Origin: an uncultured Desulfosarcina sp.
GTDB taxonomy: Bacteria; Desulfobacterota; Desulfobacteria; Desulfobacterales; Desulfosarcinaceae
Assembly (NCBI GenBank): GCA_963674945.2
Contig: CAXXWQ010000002.1
Span: 1-64,000 of the forward strand
DNA: 64,000 nt
Direction: 5' to 3'
The first letter of the stretch is position 1. Each line of letters starts with the position of its first letter. The notes below the pieces were generated by a model. That model ran no database searches, was not told the origin of the DNA, and saw nothing but the letters and a program-made list of their open reading frames with translations. The position numbers were made by a program, and so were the translations under genes. This document shows positions 52,069 through 61,798 of the stretch, piece by piece.

Positions 52069-52923
52069 CTATTTTTTTAGATGATCGCCGAGGATGTTGA
52101 AAGAGAGAACCGCCGTCATGATGGCCAATCCAGGAAAGATGGAAAGGTGTGGCGCAGACAGGATGTAGTCCTTTCCTTCCATGAGCAGCATGCCCCATTC
52201 CGCATGGGGTGGCTGAACGCCGAATCCCAGGAAACCCAATGCCGATACGGCCAGAATCGCCTTGCCGAGACCGACGGTGGCCAGGACGGCGATGGCCGGA
52301 ATGCTGGCCGGAAGGATGTGTGACCGGATGATGGCGGATTTGGAAACACCCGCCAATTGGGCGGCCTTGACCCAATCCCGTTCTCTGACCGACAGGGTGA
52401 TGCCTCTAACGACACGGGCGTAGCGCATCCAGCTGGTCACCGAGAGCGCGAGCAGGAGGTGGACTGTTCCCGGTCCCAAAAGACCGGCGATGGCCATGGC
52501 AGCCAGGATTTCGGGAAAGGAGAGGAACACGTCGGTGATGCGCATGAGGCTTTCGTCGACCCATCCTCCAAAATAACCGGCCACCAATCCGACCGTGACG
52601 CCGAAAAGGCATGAGAAAACGACCACGGCGACGCCAATCCCGATGGACGCCCGGGTTCCGAAGAGAAGACGAGACAAAAGGCACCGTCCCAGCGAATCAT
52701 TTCCGAAGGGAAATTGCCATGAGGGTGGCGCCAGTCTGAGGGTGAGGTCGGTACGAATCGGATCGTGGGGGCACCCCCACCTGCCGAGCAGGGCAGCGGC
52801 CACGGTCAAAATGACGATGAGCCATGCGGCCATCAACAATGGGTTGTCGGCGATGGCCCGGCAAAACCGTTTGGCGATATGGCGTTTCCCGACAGATTTG
52901 CGGTGGTGTATGGGACGACTCAT
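52069..52923 (-). CDS. Nik/Dpp-family ABC permease (C subunit)
   Basis: FGNDSLGRCLLSR, WVKAAQLAG, LGFLGFGVQPP.AEWG. Confidence 0.93.
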   Translation of the reverse strand: MSRPIHHRKSVGKRHIAKRFCRAIADNPLLMAAWLIVILTVAAALLGRWGCPHDPIRTDLTLRLAPPSWQFPFGNDSLGRCLLSRLLFGTRASIGIGVAVVVFSCLFGVTVGLVAGYFGGWVDESLMRITDVFLSFPEILAAMAIAGLLGPGTVHLLLALSVTSWMRYARVVRGITLSVRERDWVKAAQLAGVSKSAIIRSHILPASIPAIAVLATVGLGKAILAVSALGFLGFGVQPPHAEWGMLLMEGKDYILSAPHLSIFPGLAIMTAVLSFNILGDHLKK

Positions 52924-53858
52924 TACAGGCGAATTCTCGGGTCCAGATAGAGAGAAACAAGGTCGACCACGAAATTGACCACCACGAAGATCGCGGCCGT
53001 GAAAAGGACCAGGCCCTGGATCAGTGGATAGTCCCGGTTGCCCACGGCGCTGACCATCAGATCTCCCAACCCGGGCCAGGCAAACACGGTTTCGGTCATT
53101 ACGGCGCCTTCCAGAATCATTCCAAACTCCAGCCCCACGACCGTAATCACGGGAATGAGGGCATTTTTCAAGATGTGCGGCGCCAGCGCCCGGCGCTTTC
53201 CGACTCCCCTGGCGCGCAGGGCCGTTAAAAATTCGGATTGCTTTGTTTCGATAATGGCACTGCGTAGCATTCGGGTGGTATAGGCGGTCAACGCCGTTCC
53301 CAGGGTCAGGGCGGGAAGGATCAGATGGTGCCAATCCCCGCGGCCGAAACTGGGAAGCCATTGAAGTCGTACGCTAAAAACAAGTATCAGTACCAGGCCG
53401 AACCAGTAATTGGGCATGGAAACCCCGGCCACGGAAACGGTCACTGCCGCACCGTCGATCCACGTGCCCTGCTTGATTCCGGACAGAATGCCGAGCGGCA
53501 GCGATATGGACAGCGCAACGATGATCGCCCACAGGGCCAACTCGAGGGTGCGGTGAAACCGCTTCTCGATCAGCGGCCACACCGGTGCCTCCTCCACCAG
53601 CGAATGACCGAAATCCAGGGCGATGATACGCCGCAACCACCGGCCATACTGGAACAAGAAAGGGCGGTCCAGCCCCTCTTTTTCTCGAATCCATTCGATG
53701 GTCTCCGGATCCGCGCGGACCTCCTCCCCATACCGTGCCACCGCGATTTCCAGCGGCACGTCGCCGGGGACCGCCTGCATCATGGAAAAGGTGAGCAGTG
53801 TGGCCCCGAACATGACGAGAATCGCGGTGAGAATGCGCTTTGCGAAAAAGTGGAGCAT
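52923..53858 (-). CDS. Nik/Dpp-family ABC permease (B subunit)
   Basis: GLDRP, DFGHS, LILPALTL, ETVFAWPGLG, RDYPLIQG, LDPRI. Confidence 0.95.
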   Translation of the reverse strand: MLHFFAKRILTAILVMFGATLLTFSMMQAVPGDVPLEIAVARYGEEVRADPETIEWIREKEGLDRPFLFQYGRWLRRIIALDFGHSLVEEAPVWPLIEKRFHRTLELALWAIIVALSISLPLGILSGIKQGTWIDGAAVTVSVAGVSMPNYWFGLVLILVFSVRLQWLPSFGRGDWHHLILPALTLGTALTAYTTRMLRSAIIETKQSEFLTALRARGVGKRRALAPHILKNALIPVITVVGLEFGMILEGAVMTETVFAWPGLGDLMVSAVGNRDYPLIQGLVLFTAAIFVVVNFVVDLVSLYLDPRIRL

Positions 53859-53864
53859 GTCCGG

Positions 53865-54878
53865 CTATCCTCTCCTTTCAAACCGATGGCAACACACCAC
53901 ATGCCCGTCTCCCACAACCGTTTCCGGCGGCGAAATCTCGCGGCATGCATCCACGCTTACGGGACAGCGCGGATGAAACACGCATCCCGGCGGGGGCGTC
54001 TGAATGGATGGGATCTCCCCTTTCAGCACGATACGTTCGCCCTGCCAGAGACCGGGGGTGAATGTACTGGACAGCAGCGCCCTCGCATAGGGGTGGCAGG
54101 GATTGGCAAAGAAGGCATCGGCCGGTGCCTTTTCCACGATGTTTCCCAAATACATTACCGCCACGCGGGTACCGATGCGTTTGGCCAGGGCCAGATCGTG
54201 GGTGATGAGAAAATATGTCAGATCATACTCTCTTTTTATTCCTTCGAGAAGACCTGCCATCCGGCGTCGGGCCATGGCATCCAAGGCGGTCAGCGGTTCG
54301 TCCAGTATCAGCAGGGACGGCCGGGTGGATAAGGCACGCGCGATGCAGGCACGCTGATTTTGTCCGCCGGAGACCTCTGTTGGCCGCCGCTGCAACAGCT
54401 CGACGGAAAGACCGATCTGCCGGGCCAACGCCCGGACGATGGTCACACATTTCTTCTTTGTAAGGCCCCTTGCCCGAAGCGGTTCCGCAATGGATTGCAT
54501 CAGAGAAAAATAGGGATTCAAGGAGGCCGCCGGTTTCTGGAAGACCATCTGCGAGACGGCCGCAAGGCGGCGATGGACCGCATCGTTCGGCTTTTCAATG
54601 CTCCGGTCGTTGAAGACGATGTTTCCTTCGTGAAAGGGATGAAGGCCCAGGAGCGCCCACGCAAGGGTTGTTTTTCCGGAACCACTTTCGCCCAGGAGGC
54701 AGAGGGTCTCGCCCCGCGAAATGTCCAGATTGATGTTGCGGACGGCGTTAAAAGAACGTTTGCGAAAGAAAGGACCGGATCGATCCTTGAAACGGACGTG
54801 AAGGTCTTGGATCCGGATCATGGAAACGGGTGGGGGATCGCCGACGGCCCTTTCTTTGTGCAATGGTCTATCCTGCAT
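53865..54878 (-). CDS. Oligopeptide/nickel ABC ATP-binding protein with C-terminal Cys cluster
   Basis: GESGSGKT, VSGGQNQR, DEP, HPY, GCVFHPRC. Confidence 0.93.
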   Translation of the reverse strand: MQDRPLHKERAVGDPPPVSMIRIQDLHVRFKDRSGPFFRKRSFNAVRNINLDISRGETLCLLGESGSGKTTLAWALLGLHPFHEGNIVFNDRSIEKPNDAVHRRLAAVSQMVFQKPAASLNPYFSLMQSIAEPLRARGLTKKKCVTIVRALARQIGLSVELLQRRPTEVSGGQNQRACIARALSTRPSLLILDEPLTALDAMARRRMAGLLEGIKREYDLTYFLITHDLALAKRIGTRVAVMYLGNIVEKAPADAFFANPCHPYARALLSSTFTPGLWQGERIVLKGEIPSIQTPPPGCVFHPRCPVSVDACREISPPETVVGDGHVVCCHRFERRG

Positions 54879-55665
54879 CGGAAACCAGCCTTCGGGTGTA
54901 CGGGTGGGTGGGACGTTGGAAGACGCTTTCAACGGTTCCCGTTTCCACGATTCGGCCTTCCTTCATGACAGCCATGCGATCGCATGTGTGGGCGGCGAGG
55001 TCAAGATCATGGGAGATCATGATGATGGCGATATTCTGTTTTTCTTTCAATCGGTGGACGGCATCGAGGACCTGGAGGCAGACGGTGGGATCGAGGGCAG
55101 AGGTGATTTCGTCCAGAATCATCACCTCAGGATGCATGGAAAACGTCATGGCCAACTGGCCCCGCTGGAGCATGCCACGGCTCCATTCATGGGGATATTG
55201 CCGACAACGCCTGCTGGCAGACGAGATGCCGACGGCTTCCAGAAGGCTTGCGATTCGTTCCCCGAACGTTTTTCGTTCCCCCCTTGTCGATCCGGTCCGG
55301 CAGCGCAGCACTTCTATAAATTGATACCCCATGGAGAAAACGGGGTCCATGGCATTTTCCGGGTTCTGGAGCGCCAGGGCGATCTTTCGTCCCCTTACGG
55401 CCAGCATCTCTTTTTGGGTCTTTGTCGTAATCTCCTGGCCGTCTAGAAAAATGCTCCCTTTCCGAATGACGGCCGGTGACTCCAGGCGCAACAGGCACCG
55501 GGCAAAAAGACTCTTTCCGCACCCCGATTCCCCCACGAGTCCCAGAATTTCTCCACGTTTCAGGGTTACATGGATATCCTTCAATATTTTTATCCACCCG
55601 GATTCTGCGGGGTAATCCACCGTCAACCCCTGGACCTGAAGTATGTGGCGGTCGGATGGGGCCAT
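54868..55665 (-). CDS. Oligopeptide/nickel ABC ATP-binding protein
   Basis: GESGCGKS, ILDE, SHDL, HPYT; signature diverged to WSRG. Confidence 0.92.
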   Translation of the reverse strand: MAPSDRHILQVQGLTVDYPAESGWIKILKDIHVTLKRGEILGLVGESGCGKSLFARCLLRLESPAVIRKGSIFLDGQEITTKTQKEMLAVRGRKIALALQNPENAMDPVFSMGYQFIEVLRCRTGSTRGERKTFGERIASLLEAVGISSASRRCRQYPHEWSRGMLQRGQLAMTFSMHPEVMILDEITSALDPTVCLQVLDAVHRLKEKQNIAIIMISHDLDLAAHTCDRMAVMKEGRIVETGTVESVFQRPTHPYTRRLVSDAG

Positions 55666-55671
55666 GTCGTA

Positions 55672-57231
55672 TCAGAGAGAATCGAGCCGGGGGGTGACGA
55701 GATATCTTTCGGCCGGATGAATGCGATAGTTTTTCACGTGGCTGCGGATGGCGCTCACCATGGACTTATGAAAAAGAACGATCACCGGGCACTCATCGTA
55801 AATGATGCGCTGGATGCGATCGTAAATCCGTTTTCGGTCTTCCGGATCGAATGTGACCTTGCCGTCTCGGGCGAGTTCGTCCAGTTTTCGGTTTTGATAT
55901 CCCATGAAATTGGAAGCGGCATCGGTGGTGAATATGCTGGATATGAAAAAATCGGGGTCCCCCTGGGGGGCGGTATTCCACATCTGCAGGTTCAGATGCA
56001 CATCGCCGCGTTGCATGGCCCGGTTGATGGGGGAACCGGTTCGGGTGACCTTGAGTCGGGTGGCGATGCCCACCCTGGCCAATTGTGCCTGCACCAGTTC
56101 GAGCGTCGGTTTCAGGGCCGCCCGGGATTCGTAGGTCCACATGTCCAAAACGAGGGGGCTGCCTGCGATTTCCAGGATACCATCGCCGTCGGTATCCTCG
56201 GCGCCGGCCTGTTCCAAGAGTGCCGATGCCTTATTTGGATCATGGGGCCACAGGGGGAGATCGTCGTCGCTCCAGGGCAATGTTTCGGGAAAGATGGAAG
56301 CGCATGGCGCACCACCGATGCCGGCCAGAATCATCCGGACGATCTGTTGTCGGTCGATGGCATGGTTGATCGCCTTGCGGATGCGGATATCGGCAAGGGG
56401 CCCGTCCTGTACCCGGACGAAGAAGAAGCACAGCCTGTTGGTGGGCCGGTGAACGATGGTCACGTCCTCTCTGGCGGCGATTCGAACTGCATCATTTTCC
56501 GGAAAATAGGTGGCCACGTCCAGCTGGTTGGCTTCAAAAGCCAGCATGCGGGTGGCCGGGTTTTGGACGATTTTCAAGAAGATTTTCGCGAGCCTTGCCG
56601 GCTCTCCCCAGTACCGGTCGAACCGGGACACGATCATCTGTTCCTTGGGAACCACCATCTCCAGGTAGAAGGGGCCGGTGCCCACGACCTTTTTCCCTTT
56701 GCCATGGGGACTGAGGATGGCTGTATCCGGCGAGGTCAAATCGTAGAGAAAGGAAGCGTTGGGGGCCCGGGTTTCGATTCGAAGCCGCAGTCTGTCTTCG
56801 ACGACGATGGACCGGATGTCGAGCATCTGCTGGACCCGTTTGTTGAAGGCGGTATCCTTTTCATCGATCAGTCGCGACAGGGACCATTTTACCGCCCCTG
56901 CGTCCAGTGCGGCGCCGTCGTGAAACACGATGCCGTCTTTCAGCGTGATCTCCCATATCGTCGGATCGACACGGCGATAGTCGCCTGCCAGCTGCGGGAT
57001 CAATTTCATGTCGAAATCGAGGGAGAAGAGCGTCTCGGTCACGCCGGCCTCGCCGGTGTACCAGCCGTTGGACCCCTTGGCAGGGTCGGGATTCGCAACG
57101 GAGGGGCCGAAGGGCGTCGCGATGGTCATTTGATCGGCAGTGAAAGCAGGGACTGCCGAAACACACATCGTGATGGTCGTCAATAGGGTGAGGGCCAATG
57201 CGGTTCGTATCTTATTTCTCTCTAAACGCAA
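55672..57231 (-). CDS. Family-5 ABC substrate-binding protein (start uncertain, TTG assumed)
   Basis: ETL, PQLA, FHDG, GTGPF, RKAINHAIDR. Confidence 0.92.
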   Translation of the reverse strand: MRLERNKIRTALALTLLTTITMCVSAVPAFTADQMTIATPFGPSVANPDPAKGSNGWYTGEAGVTETLFSLDFDMKLIPQLAGDYRRVDPTIWEITLKDGIVFHDGAALDAGAVKWSLSRLIDEKDTAFNKRVQQMLDIRSIVVEDRLRLRIETRAPNASFLYDLTSPDTAILSPHGKGKKVVGTGPFYLEMVVPKEQMIVSRFDRYWGEPARLAKIFLKIVQNPATRMLAFEANQLDVATYFPENDAVRIAAREDVTIVHRPTNRLCFFFVRVQDGPLADIRIRKAINHAIDRQQIVRMILAGIGGAPCASIFPETLPWSDDDLPLWPHDPNKASALLEQAGAEDTDGDGILEIAGSPLVLDMWTYESRAALKPTLELVQAQLARVGIATRLKVTRTGSPINRAMQRGDVHLNLQMWNTAPQGDPDFFISSIFTTDAASNFMGYQNRKLDELARDGKVTFDPEDRKRIYDRIQRIIYDECPVIVLFHKSMVSAIRSHVKNYRIHPAERYLVTPRLDSL

Positions 57232-57241
57232 ACTCAGGCTC

Positions 57242-57997
57242 TCATCGGGTGGCCGTGGCGACGAAAAAGTGAGGCAGGGGTTTGCCCGGCTTTTTGCCGC
57301 CATAGGGGTGAATGGCGAATCGGTCCGTATGGTGCGGCCCGACGCCTCTGAAGTTGGCTTTTTGCAGCAGTCCGATGGCATTTTCCAGGCTGACCCCTTC
57401 GTAGTAGGGAAGCACCTTTTGCAGTCCCGCGTATGTCCAGAAAAAGCGAAGCGCCGTGGATCGGCCGCTTCGAAGATAATCCGAGACCGTTCTCACAGCC
57501 AGGTGGGGAACCCGTTTCCAGGTGGTATTGGACCAGAGGCCATCCGACAGGATCAGGCGGCCCCCCGGTTTTAACACACGTCGCCATTGTGACAACGCCA
57601 GATCCGGGTGGGGAAGGGTCCAGAGCAGGTTGCGGGCGACCACTACATCGAAGCGGCTGTCTGCAAAGGGCAACGACTCGGCATCTCCGGTCTGAAAATC
57701 GATGTCCAGGTCGTTTTCCCGGGCGTATTGTCCGGCCTGGGCGATCATCTTCTCGGAGATGTCGATGGCGGTCACGGTGAATCCGGCACGGGCCAGGTAG
57801 ACGGCCAGTTGTCCGGTGCCCGTGCCGATGTCCAGCGCCTTTTTTCCGGCAATATCCGCCACCAGATCGTTCACCACCGCCTGCCATTGCCAGGCGATGG
57901 CCCCGGATTTGTCCCTGTCCCAGCCGAAGCTCGAACTGCGCCAGTTCCAATATTTGCGAATGGCGGATTTCTTTTTGTCCATTCCCGCGTCTTTCAT
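57242..57997 (-). CDS. Class I SAM-dependent methyltransferase
   Basis: LDIGTGTG, GDAESLPF, RVLKPGG. Confidence 0.92.
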   Translation of the reverse strand: MKDAGMDKKKSAIRKYWNWRSSSFGWDRDKSGAIAWQWQAVVNDLVADIAGKKALDIGTGTGQLAVYLARAGFTVTAIDISEKMIAQAGQYARENDLDIDFQTGDAESLPFADSRFDVVVARNLLWTLPHPDLALSQWRRVLKPGGRLILSDGLWSNTTWKRVPHLAVRTVSDYLRSGRSTALRFFWTYAGLQKVLPYYEGVSLENAIGLLQKANFRGVGPHHTDRFAIHPYGGKKPGKPLPHFFVATATR

Positions 57998-58044
57998 AGG
58001 TACCCCCTGATTACTTATCTGTCCATGAAATTAAGTAAGGACAA

Positions 58045-58082
58045 TGCCCGGCCGGGCTCGATGAAACAGGCCCGGCCGGGCA
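58045..58082. repeat. GC-rich intercistronic hairpin whose arms are themselves palindromes
   Basis: TGCCCGGCCGGGC ... GCCCGGCCGGGCA. Confidence 0.7.
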
Positions 58083-58120
58083 GGGAAATGTTTTGTTTGC
58101 TTACACTCTGCAAAATCAGC

Positions 58121-60430
58121 CTACAGGGATAAGTTGATCGTGCCCAATATCGTCCGGCCGGGGGCCCTGTAATATTCATAGTATTCCTCATCAAATAGGT
58201 TGTCCACAGACAGGGTCAGGGCCAATTTTTTGCTGGGTTTGACCGTTATCTGGGCATCCACGACAAATGAATCCGTGTAGTCATTGAACGCGGAATCGGC
58301 ATAGGGGTCCCGCTTCTTGTCATAAACACTGTCGGAGTATCGTAAGTTTACGGAGGCATCCAAAAAATCGGTAAAATATCCCATCCAGAAATTGAATATA
58401 TCCGTGGGCACTTCATCCACCTCCCAGCCGTTTTTGCTATCGCCCTCGGTTTTGGTATACTCGGACCAGTGATGGGTATAGTGGATCCCGCCTTTCAGGT
58501 TATAGGGCCCGATGGCTTCGATGCCGGTTTCAATGCCGTCGACATCGGCGGATTCCGCGTTGGTCCGTTTTTTTATGGTAACTGTCTGGCCGTCAATGAC
58601 GTAATCTCTTGACGCATTTACGATGAGGTCCTCAAATTCGTTCTGGAAATAGGTGGCTTTGACGCGCAGCCTTCTGTCAAGCAACTCCCACTCCGTGCCG
58701 ACTTCCCAGGACGTGTTTGTAGTGGGGTCCAGGTCCGGGTTGCCCGTGGCATAGGTGGTTTCTCCTCCGATCTCATAACTATAGTCGGCGATCCGGTAAT
58801 AAAGCGAGGGGGCGGTAAATGATTTCCCGTAGGAAGCACGCAACACGCCGTTTTCCATCAGCCGATACACCACGGATGCCTTGGGGCTGAACTGGCCGTC
58901 ATCCACATCCTCATTGATTGACCGGTTACCGTCACTATCATAAAACTCCGTATCCGTGGCCCACCAGTGATCATACCGGCCCCCCAGATACAGGGTGGTT
59001 GATTGGATGGGCGAATATTCGGCCTGAATAAAGGTGCCCCAGGTCAGGCTTTCTCCCGAATTCTCCGATAGGATGGACGTTCTGCTTTCCGTGTCAGTGG
59101 CGCCGGCCAGGTTGTATGTGGTATCTGTGGCCTTCTCCTTCACTCCCTGGGTGCCCACGGTTAAAAGAATCCGGTCGTCCATCATGTGAAAGGTGGCCGT
59201 CAGGTCGGCCTGGAAAAGATCGTTGTCTTCGACCTGGGTCTTTGTGCTCGAATTCGAATGGCTCTCGGTTTCCTTGTCGTTGTATCCCACAAGCGCGTTG
59301 ACATCCACCTTGTCCGGGACAGCGTAGTCATAGTGAAGGGTATGGACATAGGACTCTTTCTTCTTGGTGGCGAGTACGAATTCGTTGTCGTCCAAGGTGT
59401 ACGCGTAGGTGTCGGAACCGTCCCGAAGATAAAAAGTTCCCGACGTAACAGGGTTGCCGCTAGCATCGGTCAAGCAGCTTTTTCCTCCCTGCCATCCATT
59501 TTCAAACTGGTTGATGTTAAAGCTGTACCAGATTTTGGAAGTATAGGAGAATTCATACCCTGTTTTAAAAAATGCGCCGTAATCCTCGTACCAGTTATCG
59601 CCATTGGTTCCGATTTTATACCGGGTCGTATTTTTTTGGGGATCCGTATCCGTGGCCACATTCGTCGCAACGGGGATGGATGGATCCGGTGCGCCGGTCA
59701 CCAGATCAAAATCGGACAGGGTTCGATAGTACGGGTTTGTCTCGTAACCGTCCGTGGTCCGGTATTTAAAACTCATGGAAACGAAGAACTTGTCGCCAAG
59801 GTTTTGTTCCGTCCAGGAAAGGTTCCCGGAATCGTCGGGTGCGGCAAAGGGGCGGTCGGCAACGCGTGCACTGTAATACTGGGTATTATCCTCCCCATAG
59901 GTGAAAGAGCCCTCGGCCTCCGTGTCATAGGGAATTTTGGTGATATAATTGATCACACCGGTCTGGGCAAGGGTGCCGTAAAGGGCGGAAAACGGCCCAC
60001 GGACCACCTCGATTTTTTCTACGTCCTTCATGGGGATGGCCCCGGTGTTGTAGTAATGACCGTAATCGTACCAGTTAAGGCCGTCGACCATGACAAGCGC
60101 CCTGTTTCCCCGGATCATCGGGCGGGACCAGTAATCGGCCAGCCCCCTGTACTGGCGGGGATAAATCCCTTCTGTCCGGAACAGCGGCTTGAAGGGATGT
60201 TCCGAATTAAAGGCGTCAATCTCGTCTTCGGAAATCACGGAAACCGATGCCGGTGAATCCAGGGGTGCCTTGGGAGTTTTGGTGGCGATGACCGTTATCG
60301 GTTCCAATGAAAAGACGTCGTCGGGCTGCTTATTCGCCTCCTGGGCGCCGTGCACCGATGTCACCAATACGAGTAACGTCAATAAACACATCGCGGGCCA
60401 ACGATACGATAGATTCGCCAATCTCTTCAT
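58121..60430 (-). CDS. TonB-dependent receptor
   Basis: Signal peptide; LEPITVIATK TonB box; IEVVRGPFSALYG; GNPDLDP; VDNLFDEEY...PGR. Confidence 0.95.
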   Translation of the reverse strand: MKRLANLSYRWPAMCLLTLLVLVTSVHGAQEANKQPDDVFSLEPITVIATKTPKAPLDSPASVSVISEDEIDAFNSEHPFKPLFRTEGIYPRQYRGLADYWSRPMIRGNRALVMVDGLNWYDYGHYYNTGAIPMKDVEKIEVVRGPFSALYGTLAQTGVINYITKIPYDTEAEGSFTYGEDNTQYYSARVADRPFAAPDDSGNLSWTEQNLGDKFFVSMSFKYRTTDGYETNPYYRTLSDFDLVTGAPDPSIPVATNVATDTDPQKNTTRYKIGTNGDNWYEDYGAFFKTGYEFSYTSKIWYSFNINQFENGWQGGKSCLTDASGNPVTSGTFYLRDGSDTYAYTLDDNEFVLATKKKESYVHTLHYDYAVPDKVDVNALVGYNDKETESHSNSSTKTQVEDNDLFQADLTATFHMMDDRILLTVGTQGVKEKATDTTYNLAGATDTESRTSILSENSGESLTWGTFIQAEYSPIQSTTLYLGGRYDHWWATDTEFYDSDGNRSINEDVDDGQFSPKASVVYRLMENGVLRASYGKSFTAPSLYYRIADYSYEIGGETTYATGNPDLDPTTNTSWEVGTEWELLDRRLRVKATYFQNEFEDLIVNASRDYVIDGQTVTIKKRTNAESADVDGIETGIEAIGPYNLKGGIHYTHHWSEYTKTEGDSKNGWEVDEVPTDIFNFWMGYFTDFLDASVNLRYSDSVYDKKRDPYADSAFNDYTDSFVVDAQITVKPSKKLALTLSVDNLFDEEYYEYYRAPGRTILGTINLSL

Positions 60431-60510
60431 CTTTACTCCTTTGCGTTCCGCAACACTGAGCCGTTTGGAAATGAGGTTTGCAGCCGTTTCACGCAGTTGC
60501 CAGTGGAAAC

Positions 60511-60690
60511 AAAAAAAGCCACGAGGTCACGTTGCAGGTATAGCAACGATGAAACCTTCGTGGCTTAGGCGTTTGCTAAATTCGACAAACCGCCTCCCCA
60601 AATGGAACGAGGCGATTTGAAATTTGTTTTTTTTAATTATATGGTTTGCCAAATGGCATGACAGGCGGCTTCGGCCGCCAAGTGTTGGGT
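60511..60690 (-). promoter_or_regulatory. Structured 5' leader with an intrinsic terminator (candidate attenuator/riboswitch)
   Basis: AAGCCACGAAGG...CCTCGTGGCTTTTTTT terminator 80 nt before the receptor start, three further hairpins upstream, TTGACA at 60715-60720 on the minus strand. Confidence 0.6.
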
Positions 60691-60811
60691 ATCCATATTG
60701 AATCGCCCAATGGATGTCAAGGGATTTATCGGTTTTTCTGATGTACCGGGTACAACAGATCGGTTTGTCTGTATGATCGGATCAACGAGAAAAAAAAGCA
60801 GAGGAGGCTCT

Positions 60812-61291
60812 ATGGGCAGTCGATCATCACGTTTCCTTCATTTGCTGCCGATTCGATACCGGCGGGTCGCCATTGCCGGTATTATTGCCGTGGTCGCCGC
60901 CGGCTGCATGGCCAACTACGGCAGGCTCTCAATGGATGGGCAGGTTGGCAAGGATTTTCGAAAAGGGGTCATGCAAGCTGATTATGACTACTTTTATGCC
61001 GGTCGGGATACCATGCCCTATGCCATTGTCGGAATCGACGCCCGATTTGCCGTCTCTTCCCCATATTGGATTCCCCTCGGTTCAGATTCCGAAAAAATTG
61101 CAAAAATGAGCGGAAACATCTTCGGTGAAAACCATTGCAATCCCTATGGCGCACATATCCTGGCTTCTGACGGGACGGTGGTGGGGGTATGGTACTCGAA
61201 TCTACGCGATTACAGCATCATCGTGAATAAAAACGATCGCACCGTTGTGATCCTATTCGATAACCCGGAAAAAAACCGTATGATCCCATAA
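60812..61291 (+). CDS. Hypothetical lipoprotein
   Basis: RBS GAGGAGG; lipobox AAGC; PYAIVG, GVWYS. Confidence 0.8.
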   Translation: MGSRSSRFLHLLPIRYRRVAIAGIIAVVAAGCMANYGRLSMDGQVGKDFRKGVMQADYDYFYAGRDTMPYAIVGIDARFAVSSPYWIPLGSDSEKIAKMSGNIFGENHCNPYGAHILASDGTVVGVWYSNLRDYSIIVNKNDRTVVILFDNPEKNRMIP

Positions 61292-61798
61292 ATAATTGTA
61301 ATATTGAAGTGTTAGATGCTATTTGGTAGTAAATCATGCAATTTGACGAGAAAAGTAAGAATCGAGTCAACAAATGAAGATGACAAATAAACACAATGAT
61401 ATCAACTATAAATCTGCCTTCCTGATAACTTGGCGATTTCCTGCCGCTGAGCAAGAAAAAGGCGCAAGCCGGTAAAATGAGTAAAAAACCTTGACAGGAG
61501 TATTTCCCATTGATAAAAATCTTCTAAAATTATTGGGGTTTGGTCATAAATACGTATGTTTTTGCAATGAATTCATGTGTTTTATTATGACCGCCGCTCT
61601 TGGAAAACCAGCTTTTGTTTGCCGTTAACTCTTCGATCCGGGCCTTCCCACCTTCCCATAAAGGCCTGAAATCGATAAACTAACAACGGAAAGGAGGTTG
61701 TTCAGGAGCAACACGCAGTACCCGTGGTATCGCAGTACGATGACTAATTATTAGGTTGCAGTAAACAAGTAGTACTAACGTTAAGGAGGGATGTTCAG

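Noticed and set aside
52924..53361. N-terminal extension of the 430-aa permease ORF
   Set aside because: Overlaps permease B in another frame; the likely start is ATG 52923 (TAATG coupling)
55570..57186. 538-aa plus-strand ORF, and similar ones at 53325-54332 and 59186-60256
   Set aside because: Antisense shadows of GC-rich ABC and TonB receptor genes
60637..60696. Possible 19-aa Cys/His leader peptide MDTQHLAAEAACHAIWQTI
   Set aside because: No RBS, and its ATG falls where the -10 box of the TTGACA promoter would lie
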